Origin: Agathobacter sp.
Lineage (GTDB): Bacteria; Bacillota; Clostridia; Lachnospirales; Lachnospiraceae
Direction: 5' to 3'
Length of the DNA stretch: 64,000 nucleotides
NCBI GenBank assembly: GCA_036309165.1
Contig: JAXJUI010000053.1
Location: 1,447-65,446 of the forward strand
Shown: positions 17,954 to 28,435 of the stretch, one piece after another
How the letters are laid out: every line of letters starts with the position of its first letter
Position numbering within the stretch: position 1 is the stretch's first letter
Position numbers and translations under genes: made by a program
Notes under the pieces: model-generated
Told to the model about the DNA's origin: nothing
Seen by the model: the letters and a program-made list of their open reading frames with translations, nothing else
The model's database searches: none

Positions 17954-19552
17954 CTATGTTGTTATTGATTTAATTTCACCATCAACTTTTTTAAACTTAC
18001 AATGATGTGCAACATCTTTAACATGATAACTCAAATCCGAGATTGTAATACACACCCCTGGAAACGCCGCACGTGTAACAGAAATATATGCTCTATCTGA
18101 GGCAACCATCTCCACATGAATCTGATACATTTCATTTCGAAGTGGTTCAATCTGCGCTTGTTCTTCCTTATATGCAAGCGCAAGCTTCTGCACATATAAC
18201 AATTTATCCTGTGGTAAATATTCACCTTTTTTCAGGATTTTTCCATAGTTATCGATAATTACTTTTCGATTTTCCTGTTCTTTACTTCGTTTACTAACCT
18301 CTTTTGACAAATTTGCATAACGTTCCTTAATTTCAGGAGCAATTCCAACTTCTAATGTTGTAATTGTTCCCATAGATGTTCCAAGGTTTTCCGCTTCAAT
18401 AGATCGTCCTGCGCGAATTGTTCCACCATTAATCAATCCCTTTTTACCAAACACTCGGACTTCATCATTTGCAGAAACGTCACTATTAAGTATTACTTCC
18501 GCTTCAACATATCCGCCTGCAATAACTGTTGCATTTTCGATATACTTTGCAATAACATTTGATTTTGCCTTTAAGACACCTTTATGCATCCCGTGAATTC
18601 CGTGTTTTACAATAATCTGCCCACCAGCTTCAATATAAGCATTTTCAACAATTCCTTCTATAATAACATCTCCTGTTGCTTTGACAGAAAATCCCGCTTT
18701 CACATTACCTGCAACCGTAACACTTCCTTGATATTCTATGTTTCCAATTGAATTATCAACATCTGCAGGAACTGCAAAAACATCTGACACGAATACTTTA
18801 TCATCAAATTTGTTAACATGACCTGTTACTTCTGAATAAATCTCCGTTCCATCTTCATTTATGGAAATATTCTTTCCATAACTTAACTTTTCTGATTTTA
18901 CAGTTCTTGGAAGAATTTCTTCTCCATAAATATTCTTTCCCGGATCCCCTTTATCCTCTTTAATAAGTCTTGCAAGCAAGTCGCCTTTATGAACATGACT
19001 AATTGTATTAAGCTCTTTATAATCTACACTGCCATCTTCATTTCTCTTTGGTTGAAGATTCTTATTTACATTAAAATAATACTCTATCTTTGCATCTTTA
19101 CCATGACGTGGTGGTTGACCTTTTGCAAGCACATAATCGGTGCAATATTGTCTTTCTTTCAAAAATTTATCAATTTCATCTTCATCTATTCCAAATTTTA
19201 CCCGCTTAAAGCCAAGATCATCAATAATTGTATCCTTATCTAACTCACGACCACCTGCTGATGGTGGATAAAAACGACATACAGCCTTCATCTTATCCAA
19301 TGAAACATCAATTGTCATCATCTCATGAACTTCAATGCCATCCCAAGGTCCTAAACATACTTCTGTCTCTTCCGAACTCTTAAGTGCATTTCCAAGTGTT
19401 TTAATATCATAATTTTGAATTCTTTTTAAATCCAGATAATCAGTTAATTCTTTAATATTTACTAACTTTCCATCTTCTATCGCAGGATAAATATGTAAAA
19501 AAATCTGTTCATCTCGAAAAACCAACTGAAAATACTGATTCTTCATTTGCAC
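17954..19552 (-). CDS. FapA (DUF342) family flagellar assembly protein
   Basis: 'DGSVDYKEL', 'GNIEYQGSVTVAGNVKAGFSV' beta-helix and coiled-coil insert; follows fliA. Confidence 0.85.
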   Translation of the reverse strand: MQMKNQYFQLVFRDEQIFLHIYPAIEDGKLVNIKELTDYLDLKRIQNYDIKTLGNALKSSEETEVCLGPWDGIEVHEMMTIDVSLDKMKAVCRFYPPSAGGRELDKDTIIDDLGFKRVKFGIDEDEIDKFLKERQYCTDYVLAKGQPPRHGKDAKIEYYFNVNKNLQPKRNEDGSVDYKELNTISHVHKGDLLARLIKEDKGDPGKNIYGEEILPRTVKSEKLSYGKNISINEDGTEIYSEVTGHVNKFDDKVFVSDVFAVPADVDNSIGNIEYQGSVTVAGNVKAGFSVKATGDVIIEGIVENAYIEAGGQIIVKHGIHGMHKGVLKAKSNVIAKYIENATVIAGGYVEAEVILNSDVSANDEVRVFGKKGLINGGTIRAGRSIEAENLGTSMGTITTLEVGIAPEIKERYANLSKEVSKRSKEQENRKVIIDNYGKILKKGEYLPQDKLLYVQKLALAYKEEQAQIEPLRNEMYQIHVEMVASDRAYISVTRAAFPGVCITISDLSYHVKDVAHHCKFKKVDGEIKSITT

Positions 19553-19575
19553 CTTCTCCCTAATTATTCCTTATT

Positions 19576-20340
19576 TTAATCCATTAAAATATTCATATAT
19601 GGTCCCATAACTTTTCGCATTTTCACAAGTGCTTTTGTATGAAGCTGTGAAATACGTGACTCTGAAACCTCTAACACTTTACTAATTTCCTTTAATGTCA
19701 ACTCTTCATAATAATACAGCTCAATAACTCTTCGTTCCTTTTCTGTTAATCCATCCAAGGACTTTACAAGCATTTCTTTTAATTCATCTGCCTCAATTAC
19801 ATCTTCCGGCTGAGCAAAATGTGAATTATGAGTTGCATCCATAACTGGTTCTGGACCGGTTTCTTCGAATTCGTTCAATGAAACAACATTTGTAACTTTA
19901 AGCTGTGATTGCCAGTTACATAATTCTTCATCCGAAACCCCTAGCTCCTTTGCAAGTTCTTCGTCCGTTGCAACACGACCAGTTCGCATTTCAATCTGTT
20001 TCATTGCTTCATCAATCTGCCTTTGTCGTTGACGAACTGTCCTTGGAATCCAATCCATCTTACGAATCTGATCCAATATAGATCCACGAATACGTAAACT
20101 TGCATAAGTCTCAAATTTAACATTCTTTGCCAAGTCAAATTTGTCAATAGCATCAATCAAACCAAAAATGCCATAACTAACCAAATCATCATATTCCACA
20201 TTATGACCCAAATACATACTAAGACGGCCTGCAACAATTTTTACAAGCTGTGAATATTCAATAATAAGTTTTTCTCTAAGTTCTTGCGACGGCTTTTTCC
20301 GATATTCATCCCACAAAGCCTCTTTATCAACTGTCTTCAT
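19576..20340 (-). CDS. fliA: Flagellar sigma factor FliA/SigD (sigma-28)
   Basis: 'GLIDAIDKFD..KNVKFETYASLRIRGSILDQIRKMDW.PR', 'VSESRISQLH'. Confidence 0.95.
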   Translation of the reverse strand: MKTVDKEALWDEYRKKPSQELREKLIIEYSQLVKIVAGRLSMYLGHNVEYDDLVSYGIFGLIDAIDKFDLAKNVKFETYASLRIRGSILDQIRKMDWIPRTVRQRQRQIDEAMKQIEMRTGRVATDEELAKELGVSDEELCNWQSQLKVTNVVSLNEFEETGPEPVMDATHNSHFAQPEDVIEADELKEMLVKSLDGLTEKERRVIELYYYEELTLKEISKVLEVSESRISQLHTKALVKMRKVMGPYMNILMD

Positions 20341-20356
20341 GTATCATTCCCCTAAA

Positions 20357-20650
20357 CTATTCTTCTGAATCGTCTTCTTCGATATTTTCTAGTATTTCAT
20401 CTTTTGTATCTTCGTCAGTATCTTCATCATATACATCATCTGATTCATCTGAATTTGTTATATCCGCCATATCCTGGAAATTCTTATCAATGATAAATTT
20501 TACAAAAATTCCTATAATGTAAAAAACAATCAAAACAATCAACAATTGAATGGTAAACTCTTTCAATTCCTGATGATTCATAATTCCAATAATGCAATTA
20601 ACTGCCCCCGCACTTAGCATAATAATAGCCGGAATATAATTTGTTTTCAT
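20357..20650 (-). CDS. Hypothetical 2-TM protein with acidic tail
   Basis: 97-aa ORF between cheD and fliA, with SD. Confidence 0.7.
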   Translation of the reverse strand: MKTNYIPAIIMLSAGAVNCIIGIMNHQELKEFTIQLLIVLIVFYIIGIFVKFIIDKNFQDMADITNSDESDDVYDEDTDEDTKDEILENIEEDDSEE

Positions 20651-20671
20651 CCTTATGTCCTCATTTCAAGC

Positions 20672-21157
20672 TTAAATTGATTTAACTGGCTTTCCTACCG
20701 CTTTGATCACAAATTCGCCTGTCTCGCAGTCTAGAACAACTGTCCGTCCATAGTTGAGTCCAGTATCCTCTGCAACAAGCGGAATACCCAATTCCTTCAA
20801 AACTTCTTTTGCAGCTTCAGCATTCCTTTCGCCAACATGTCCAACATTCGAAAGTCCACTCACTTCGAACATTTTTGCTCCACCTGCAATTTTTGCAACT
20901 AACCTTCTCTTAGAAGCACCTTGCTCAAGAACCAAACGATATAGTTCTTTAATTCCTGTATCCCCAAACTTTGCAATATTGGTGTTGTTTTTTAGCTTCG
21001 TACTATCTGGAAGCATGTAATGAACAAGTCCACCAATCTTTGCAACAGGATCATATAGAGTTAATCCAATGCAGGAACCAAGACCAAGTGTTGTAAGTGA
21101 ATCAGGACTAGATGCGATTTTTAAATCCGCCATTCCTACTTTAACAACTTCTCCCAT
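20672..21157 (-). CDS. cheD: Chemoreceptor glutamine deamidase CheD
   Basis: 'TLGLGSCIG', 'HYMLP', 'AKIAGGAKMF', 'GERN'. Confidence 0.95.
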   Translation of the reverse strand: MGEVVKVGMADLKIASSPDSLTTLGLGSCIGLTLYDPVAKIGGLVHYMLPDSTKLKNNTNIAKFGDTGIKELYRLVLEQGASKRRLVAKIAGGAKMFEVSGLSNVGHVGERNAEAAKEVLKELGIPLVAEDTGLNYGRTVVLDCETGEFVIKAVGKPVKSI

Positions 21158-21166
21158 TTTCTTCTC

Positions 21167-21787
21167 CTACATTGCAATTCCAAGTGATGATAATATTATT
21201 TCATACGAATCCTGATCTGGCATAAGAATAAAATAGCCATCCATCATAACATCATCACCAAATTCTGTTTCAATAAATAATGCATTATCACCATACTGCC
21301 CAAACATGATAGCTGGCACACTTAAAATAGCCGCCGCCATATCTACAGCAATATATGGTACAGATGGATAAATACGAAGACCACACATATTTGACAAAGC
21401 TGATAAATATGATCCTGCAATAATATTTCCAATTTCTTTCATCGCAGATAAATCCATTTCATCAAAATCTTCGTTATAACTTGGGTCTCTTCCCATTAAT
21501 TTATTAACCAAAAAATGAGCAGATGGAAGTTTCATCAAAAACATCATACTTCCTGTAATGTCATTCTCTACTTCCAAAAAAATACCAACTATCGTTTCGT
21601 CTTCAGGACAAATCGCTCCACCTAATTCCGAAGCGTCCATAAGACCAACATTCGGAACTGACATATTCATGCGTTCCCCAAGTAAACCGGCAATTGCTGT
21701 AGTCGCATTTCCCGCTCCAACATTTCCGATTTCCTTTAAAACATCTAAATACATTTCATTTACATTATCTAATGAAAACCCCGACAT
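21167..21787 (-). CDS. cheC: CheY-P phosphatase CheC
   Basis: Two ExxN motifs (EIGNVGAG, EIGNIIAG); adjacent to cheD. Confidence 0.93.
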   Translation of the reverse strand: MSGFSLDNVNEMYLDVLKEIGNVGAGNATTAIAGLLGERMNMSVPNVGLMDASELGGAICPEDETIVGIFLEVENDITGSMMFLMKLPSAHFLVNKLMGRDPSYNEDFDEMDLSAMKEIGNIIAGSYLSALSNMCGLRIYPSVPYIAVDMAAAILSVPAIMFGQYGDNALFIETEFGDDVMMDGYFILMPDQDSYEIILSSLGIAM

Positions 21788-21805
21788 AGACCCTCCAAAA
21801 ATTGT

Positions 21806-21837
21806 ATATAGTGAGGCTTAAAACAGCCTCACTATAT
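21806..21837. other. Intra-operon hairpin between cheW and cheC
   Basis: Perfect 13-bp stem ATATAGTGAGGCT/AGCCTCACTATAT with 6-nt loop. Confidence 0.65.
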
Positions 21838-21863
21838 TTTATAAAACTCATATTATTATTGTA

Positions 21864-22331
21864 CTAGTTATTATCTTTTTCTTCAATAATAGAATTGATT
21901 TCAAATAAAGAAATTAATTCTTCACCATGTTTTCCAATTCCATTAATAAAGTTTTCTTTTGCATTTGAAGAAGAGATTGCTGGCTCGTCAATTTCATCAG
22001 AAGAAAGTGCCACTACTTCACAAACCTCATCAACAATCACACCTAAAAGACCCTTTTCTTCAATCTTTAAGATAATAATTCTTGATTTACCAGTGAATAC
22101 ATCATCTTCAATACCCATTTTGGTACGAATACTCATAACGGGTACAATATCACCTCGCAAATTGATAATCCCTTTGAAATACGCCTGCGCTTTTGGAACG
22201 CGAGTGATTTTTTGCATACGAACAATATTATCTACATATCCAATATCAATACCATATTTTTCGCTTCCAATCTGAACGACAATATATTGTTTTTTATTCA
22301 AATCATTGATTTCTAATTTGTTATCAGCCAT
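21864..22331 (-). CDS. cheW: Chemotaxis adaptor CheW
   Basis: 'ITRVPKA..YFKGIINLRGDIVPV', 'GVIVDEV'. Confidence 0.95.
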   Translation of the reverse strand: MADNKLEINDLNKKQYIVVQIGSEKYGIDIGYVDNIVRMQKITRVPKAQAYFKGIINLRGDIVPVMSIRTKMGIEDDVFTGKSRIIILKIEEKGLLGVIVDEVCEVVALSSDEIDEPAISSSNAKENFINGIGKHGEELISLFEINSIIEEKDNN

Positions 22332-22346
22332 TATTTTACACCCCCG

Positions 22347-24473
22347 TTACATCAATGTATTCGCATCTAAAATTAATGCAACCTCACCATCACCTAAAAT
22401 GGTTGCTCCACTAATCAATTTATTTCCGTTAATGTATTTACCTAATGATTTAATAACAATTTCTTGCTGCCCCATTAAGTTATCTACAACAAGACCAGCT
22501 TGGCTATCGCCACGTTTAACAATAACAACTGTTAAACTTTCTGGTTCTTCTTCTCGTGGTTCAATATCCAAAATACGATCCAAACGAATTAACGGAATAA
22601 CATTTCCACGAAGGTGAATTACTTCTTTTGCCTGTACGTACTTAATCTCTTCTATAGGAATATTCTCAATATTAGAAATTGATCCAAGCGCAATTGCGTA
22701 TTTTTCATCACGAATTTCTACCATTAATGCTTGAATAATCGCAAGTGTAAGAGGTAAACGAACTGTAAAAATTGTTCCTTCACCAAGTTTTGTACTAACA
22801 TCAACATCTCCACCAAGCTGTTCAATTCCAGATTTAACAACATCAAGACCAACACCACGTCCAGAAATATCTGTGATAGTCTTTGCCATTGAGAAACTTG
22901 GCATAAATAAAAGATTTACAATTTCTTTCTGACTCATCACTTCTGCCTGTTCTGGAGTAATAACACCACGTTCGATTGCTTTTTGTTTTACAGCTTCTGT
23001 ATCAATACCATTACCATCATCGCTAACCTGAATGATAACGTTGTTACCTTCCTGATATGCATTCAGACGAATTGTACCCTTCTCAGGTTTACCGCGCTGT
23101 GCACGAATCTCTGCACTTTCTAAACCATGATCCGCAGAGTTACGTAACAAATGCTGTAATGGATCGCCAATCTGGTCAACTACAGTACGATCTAATTCTG
23201 TATCTTCACCAGTCATAACAAGTTCCATCTTCTTGTTTAATGTACGTGATAAATCACGAATCATTCTAGGGAATTTGTTAACAACGCTTTCAATTGGCAC
23301 CATTCGTACCTTCATTACCGATTCATGAAGATTTGTTGTGATTCTCTCTAAGTATTCAATTTGTTCATATACATCCTGATTACCGAAGTTGCTTCCTTCT
23401 GATGTACTAATAGAGACAAGTGAGTTCTTTGCAATGATAAGTTCGGATACCTGATTCATTAAAGCATCCAATTTTTCAATATCTACACGAACTGTTCTAT
23501 TTGTAGCCGGTTTAGCAGGTGTCTGTTTTTTTGCAGCTTGTGGAGCAGCTTTTTCAGTTTCTGGTTTTGCAGGTGCAACTGGCTTTACTTTTGCTGGTGC
23601 ACTCTTTTCTTCTTTCTTTGGTTCTTCACTTGCCGCAACTTCTGCATCAGACTCCTGCTTCTGTGCATTTACATCAAGTTCTTCACCAATTACTTTTTCA
23701 ATTTCAGATACACTCTTTGCCACTGTCTGAATTTTATCAAAAGATTCATTTGATGCCATCCAGAAAGAAAAATCTAACTCAAAATTTTCATCCTCAATAT
23801 CTTGTGAACTTGGACGATATACAAGAATTTGTCCATATTCTTCAACTGCACGGAATACTAAAAACGCTCTTGCAGCTTTAAGCAAACAAGATTCGTTAAC
23901 AGTTACTGTTACACCATAAATCTTCTGTCCTGCTTCTTTAGCCGCAGCAATATCTTTTTTCTCGTGTTCACTTAATTCAATACCATAGTATTTCTTTTCA
24001 GAATCCGTTCCAGATTCTCCTGCATTTTCTTCTGATTCTTCAGAAGATGCTTCCTGTGAAACACTTTCTTCTGATACATCTTCACCATTTGCTTTAGCAA
24101 TAAAGTCATTCAATGCTTTAATGATAATTTCATTATCTTCTGTACCTTCGTCCGATGTTTCTTTTACATTATCTAAGTACGCACCAATTGCATCTAAACA
24201 TTCAAAAAGTAAATCGATCATCGAACTATCTACTTTAATCTTTTCGCTTCTTACTTCCTGGAATACATTTTCCATGTCATGTGTAAGATGCTGCATACGT
24301 TTAAATCCCATAGTACCTGCCATACCTTTTAATGAGTGCGCCGCACGGAACACTTCATTAATAGTATCTTTATTATCAGGTTCTGTTTCAAGATTCATGA
24401 TGCAATCGTTTAATGTCTGCAAATGTTCTGCACTTTCATCAATAAAAATTTCAAGATATTGGCTTACATCCAT
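22347..24473 (-). CDS. cheA: Chemotaxis histidine kinase CheA
   Basis: Hpt 'FRAAHSLKG', 'HLLRNSADHG', 'SGRGVGLDVV', C-terminal CheW-like domain. Confidence 0.97.
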   Translation of the reverse strand: MDVSQYLEIFIDESAEHLQTLNDCIMNLETEPDNKDTINEVFRAAHSLKGMAGTMGFKRMQHLTHDMENVFQEVRSEKIKVDSSMIDLLFECLDAIGAYLDNVKETSDEGTEDNEIIIKALNDFIAKANGEDVSEESVSQEASSEESEENAGESGTDSEKKYYGIELSEHEKKDIAAAKEAGQKIYGVTVTVNESCLLKAARAFLVFRAVEEYGQILVYRPSSQDIEDENFELDFSFWMASNESFDKIQTVAKSVSEIEKVIGEELDVNAQKQESDAEVAASEEPKKEEKSAPAKVKPVAPAKPETEKAAPQAAKKQTPAKPATNRTVRVDIEKLDALMNQVSELIIAKNSLVSISTSEGSNFGNQDVYEQIEYLERITTNLHESVMKVRMVPIESVVNKFPRMIRDLSRTLNKKMELVMTGEDTELDRTVVDQIGDPLQHLLRNSADHGLESAEIRAQRGKPEKGTIRLNAYQEGNNVIIQVSDDGNGIDTEAVKQKAIERGVITPEQAEVMSQKEIVNLLFMPSFSMAKTITDISGRGVGLDVVKSGIEQLGGDVDVSTKLGEGTIFTVRLPLTLAIIQALMVEIRDEKYAIALGSISNIENIPIEEIKYVQAKEVIHLRGNVIPLIRLDRILDIEPREEEPESLTVVIVKRGDSQAGLVVDNLMGQQEIVIKSLGKYINGNKLISGATILGDGEVALILDANTLM

Positions 24474-24474
24474 T

Positions 24475-25539
24475 CTATTTTACCCCCACATTCTTTGTGA
24501 TTGTTTGGGCAACATTGTCAAGAGATACAACTTCATCAACGAGACCTGTATCTGCAATCGCTTTTGGCATACCATACACGACGCAAGTCTCTGCATTTTG
24601 TGCAATTACATGAATAGGTTTCTTGGAACTAAGTGAAATAATACCATTTGTCCCATCCGCTCCCATTCCTGTCAACACAACACATACCACTTCATCAAAG
24701 CCTGATCTTGTAAGGGAATCATAAGTGATATTCGCACATGGTCTTAACCCTCCAATTGGAGGCATGTCATTTAACGCAATTCGATGTGAACCATCCGCGT
24801 TCTTCATCACTTCCATATGACGGCCTCCGGGTGCAATATAAATCATACCCTTTTCGAGTTTTTCTCCATCTTCTGCTTCCTTAACTGAAATCTCACTCAC
24901 TTCGTTTAGTCGATCTGCCATTGATTTTGTAAAACCAGCTGGCATATGCTGAACCAAAACAATTGGTGCATCGATATTCTTTGGAAGAAAAGGAATAACA
25001 CTTTGTAATGCTTTCGGTCCTCCTGTAGAACAAGCAATTGCAACAACTTTGTTTTCTCCGGTAGATTTCATTCTGTTTACAACTACCGGTCTTCTTGTTA
25101 CAAGATTTTCTCTCGTTCTACGATCTACAGTTGCACTTTTTGTACGATGCACTGCTGATAAGACTGAAAGAATTTGATTCTTAAACTCTTCACCCTTTGC
25201 TTCTATGATATTTGTTGGTTTTGTCACAAAATCGATTGCACCACGTTCCATCGCAAGAATGGTAACTTCAGCATCTTTTGTAGTAAGTGTACTTACCATA
25301 ATAATAGATGCTTTAATGCCTTCATTTTGTAACTTTTCTAGTAATTGCAGTCCATCCATTCGCGGCATATTAACATCAAGTAAAACTCCATCATATGATT
25401 TTTCCTTGAGTTTTTCATATGCTTCCTGTCCATCTCTACAGACATCCGTTGCCTGGAAATTACTATCTGAATTGATTATATCACAGAGAACCCTTCTCAT
25501 AAGTGCAGAATCATCAACTATTAAAATGTTTTTCTTCAT
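24475..25539 (-). CDS. cheB: Chemotaxis methylesterase CheB
   Basis: Receiver domain plus 'STGGP', 'QHMP', 'LTGMGADG'. Confidence 0.96.
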   Translation of the reverse strand: MKKNILIVDDSALMRRVLCDIINSDSNFQATDVCRDGQEAYEKLKEKSYDGVLLDVNMPRMDGLQLLEKLQNEGIKASIIMVSTLTTKDAEVTILAMERGAIDFVTKPTNIIEAKGEEFKNQILSVLSAVHRTKSATVDRRTRENLVTRRPVVVNRMKSTGENKVVAIACSTGGPKALQSVIPFLPKNIDAPIVLVQHMPAGFTKSMADRLNEVSEISVKEAEDGEKLEKGMIYIAPGGRHMEVMKNADGSHRIALNDMPPIGGLRPCANITYDSLTRSGFDEVVCVVLTGMGADGTNGIISLSSKKPIHVIAQNAETCVVYGMPKAIADTGLVDEVVSLDNVAQTITKNVGVK

Positions 25540-25542
25540 GCT

Positions 25543-26289
25543 CTAACCACTCACTTTCTTTCGAATACGTCTTTCTTCTTCAAACACATACTTCACGATT
25601 TTTTCTCGATCTTTTATATCTTTGAAAATAAACTTTGCACGACTTACAAATGAAAGATTTGAACTTTCAATACTATCACTTGAAATTACTTGTGCAAGCA
25701 AATAAAATGTCTCATCAATTTTTTCATTTGTCAGTCTTACAACAATAAGTAAATAATCACCTTTTTCATGTTTTTGCGAAGAAATAAATCGCAAACCACC
25801 ACCACTAATATCTTTAATTATACCACAATTTTGTGCATCAAAATATTCGCTTTTTAAGGTTTCCTGAAACAATTCTTCAGTCGTTTGTAAAGTGGTCACT
25901 TCTTCCGGTACTTGATAATATGTCATATCAATCATACATTGCACGCGGAAAAATTCTCTTCTTTGATATTTTGACAATGGTGTCTTTATCTCCATTACCA
26001 ACATATAAAGATTATCTTTTTTATATCTTTGTTTCACCAAACCAATACAATTATACATACCCTTTTCTGTGTACAAAACCAAGCTGCAACGAAGTCCTAC
26101 ATTAAACAAAACCATCTTAGAGCCTTCTGTCGGCATTGCTATTTCAATTTCTGTATCAGAAACAAAATCAAGCAACATACTTTTAAAGGTTCTAACTTCT
26201 ATCTCTTTTCCATTCGCCTTTTGTTCAATTTGTCCCACTAATTGCAAATCAATTTTGTCACCAGGTCCTATCAACTCGTCAATCTTCAT
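25543..26289 (-). CDS. PilZ-domain c-di-GMP effector (YcgR/MotI-like flagellar brake)
   Basis: RxxxR ('QRREFFR') and DxSxxG ('DISGGG') intact. Confidence 0.88.
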   Translation of the reverse strand: MKIDELIGPGDKIDLQLVGQIEQKANGKEIEVRTFKSMLLDFVSDTEIEIAMPTEGSKMVLFNVGLRCSLVLYTEKGMYNCIGLVKQRYKKDNLYMLVMEIKTPLSKYQRREFFRVQCMIDMTYYQVPEEVTTLQTTEELFQETLKSEYFDAQNCGIIKDISGGGLRFISSQKHEKGDYLLIVVRLTNEKIDETFYLLAQVISSDSIESSNLSFVSRAKFIFKDIKDREKIVKYVFEEERRIRKKVSG

Positions 26290-26298
26290 TCACTTCTC

Positions 26299-27177
26299 CT
26301 AATATCTTCGTGATAAAAAACTAGAAAATAGTTGTGTTACCCCCCATTTGATTTGAATCGGTTCTTTTGTACCATCAAGCAAATTTTTTGCTAACGTTTC
26401 AAAGGCTCTAGCAGAATTTGAATTAGGTGCAAACATAGATACTGTCTTTTGCTGACGCACTGCTTTTTCTAACACAGTATCATGCGGTATCATGCCTAAA
26501 TAATCCAATTTTCCATGCAAAAACTGCGAAACCACAGAATCTAATTTATCATAAACGGCCTGTCCATCTTCTACAGACATAACCTTGTTCGATACCACTC
26601 GTACTTTGGTATTTTCTGCAGAAAAGTTTGGATTACGATACAACGCTTTTAGCAAGGAATATGAATCAGTAAGAGAACTTGGTTCCGGCGTCGTTACTAA
26701 TAATACTTCCGGACTTGCAATAACAAACTCTAATACTTGATCTGAAATTCCAGCTCCCGTATCGATAATAATAAAATCAGCCATTTCATTTAATTCACTA
26801 ATCGCTTTGACCAGATACATAATCTGTTCTCTATAAAGATTGTTTAGTCCAATAATCCCCGACCCACCTGAGATAAATCCAATATCCATTGGTCCCGGTG
26901 TAACAATCTCCCGAATTGTTTTACCTCTATAGATCAAATCCGACAAATTGTGTTTTGGAATTGCTCCAAACATTACTTCAACATTTGCAATTCCAAAGTC
27001 AGCATCGAAAATAATTACCCGTTTTCCTGCTTTTCTTAGTTGAATCGCAAGATTTACCGCAACATTTGATTTTCCAACGCCACCTTTTCCACTAGTAATC
27101 GTAATAACACGCGCAGTATTTTCGTTATTTTGATTCTTCAGTTTTACTACATTTCGAAGCTGTTGCGCCTGATCCAT
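26299..27177 (-). CDS. flhG: MinD-like ATPase FlhG/FleN
   Basis: 'MDQAQQLR', 'SGKGGVGKS', 'IDTGAG'; follows flhF. Confidence 0.93.
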   Translation of the reverse strand: MDQAQQLRNVVKLKNQNNENTARVITITSGKGGVGKSNVAVNLAIQLRKAGKRVIIFDADFGIANVEVMFGAIPKHNLSDLIYRGKTIREIVTPGPMDIGFISGGSGIIGLNNLYREQIMYLVKAISELNEMADFIIIDTGAGISDQVLEFVIASPEVLLVTTPEPSSLTDSYSLLKALYRNPNFSAENTKVRVVSNKVMSVEDGQAVYDKLDSVVSQFLHGKLDYLGMIPHDTVLEKAVRQQKTVSMFAPNSNSARAFETLAKNLLDGTKEPIQIKWGVTQLFSSFLSRRY

Positions 27178-27178
27178 A

Positions 27179-28435
27179 CTACGACCTGCCTCCTAATAAC
27201 TGTTTCACAATTTTTTGTGTATCAAACACTTCGATATCATCTGGAACATTTTGTCCATTTGTCACATATGATAATTCAGCATTTGAATACAATTTAATAT
27301 TCAAAAGATTTCCATATGTCGTTGTTTCATCTAATTTTGTAAAGATTAATTTGTAATCTGAAATTTCATGATATGCATCAACGATATCAAGCAAATCCTT
27401 ATATTTTGTCGTTGCACTTAAAACCAAGAATACTTCTTTATCATACTCCGATGAAATTCCCTGCAACATTTGTTTCATTTCTTCACGTTGCGAATCATTC
27501 TTATGTGAAAAACCTGCTGTATCCACAAATACCATATCATATTCAAGCATTCGTTCAATTGAGGAATTCATTTCCTCTGCTGAATAAACAATCGACATTG
27601 GGGCATCCAAAATATTTGCATAAGCACGGAGTTGTTCTGTTGCAGCAATTCTATAAGTATCCGCGGTAATAAATGCAACTCTTTTATTATTTTCCACTTT
27701 ATACTTTGATGCAATCTTTGCAATTGTTGTTGTTTTTCCCACTCCGGTAGGTCCCATGAAGAAAATTATTTTTGGTTTCTTTCCACTTAATTCAATTGTT
27801 TTAGGCTGACCAAATTTTAAAATGAGCTTCTGATATACATTCGCCAAGATATTATCTACACTATTACCTGGACGTAAAAATTTCTCCATCTCTTCCAATA
27901 TTTGATTTACATACTTTTCATTCACTTCATTCGAAATCAATGTATTATAAAGCATTCGAACAAATTTTAGTTCCTCTGCCTTCTGATTCTGACTTGTGAC
28001 CGGATTAGTATTTACCTCTCCTAACTTTTCTTCAAGAACATTTGACAATTGTTCTAACCTCGAATCAAGAATTGCTTCTTTTTCTGACTTTTCAGGTTTA
28101 TTCCCCTTTTCAACTTTAGGAATCTCAAACTGCTTTATAGCAGATGGAATAATAGGAGTTCTCTCAGGTTTAGGAATTTCTATTTTTTCATCCGCCGCCA
28201 AATTAATATTATCATGCATTTTCTTTGGTGTTTGTAGTGCACTCATTGGATTCATATATGTTTCTTGTTCCTCCATTGCTGCTGTTACTTCAAAGGTAGA
28301 ATTTTTAAATGCACGAAATAACCCCTTTGGTTTTACTTCCTTCACATTCATGATAACGGTATTTGAACCAAATTCCTTTTTTGCTTTTTCGATTGCTTCT
28401 TCTTTCGTTTTTCCTTGAAATTTATTAATTGTCAT
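27179..28435 (-). CDS. flhF: SRP-family GTPase FlhF
   Basis: 'GPTGVGKTTT', 'DTYRIAA', 'DTAG', 'TKLDE', 'GQNVPDD'. Confidence 0.95.
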   Translation of the reverse strand: MTINKFQGKTKEEAIEKAKKEFGSNTVIMNVKEVKPKGLFRAFKNSTFEVTAAMEEQETYMNPMSALQTPKKMHDNINLAADEKIEIPKPERTPIIPSAIKQFEIPKVEKGNKPEKSEKEAILDSRLEQLSNVLEEKLGEVNTNPVTSQNQKAEELKFVRMLYNTLISNEVNEKYVNQILEEMEKFLRPGNSVDNILANVYQKLILKFGQPKTIELSGKKPKIIFFMGPTGVGKTTTIAKIASKYKVENNKRVAFITADTYRIAATEQLRAYANILDAPMSIVYSAEEMNSSIERMLEYDMVFVDTAGFSHKNDSQREEMKQMLQGISSEYDKEVFLVLSATTKYKDLLDIVDAYHEISDYKLIFTKLDETTTYGNLLNIKLYSNAELSYVTNGQNVPDDIEVFDTQKIVKQLLGGRS

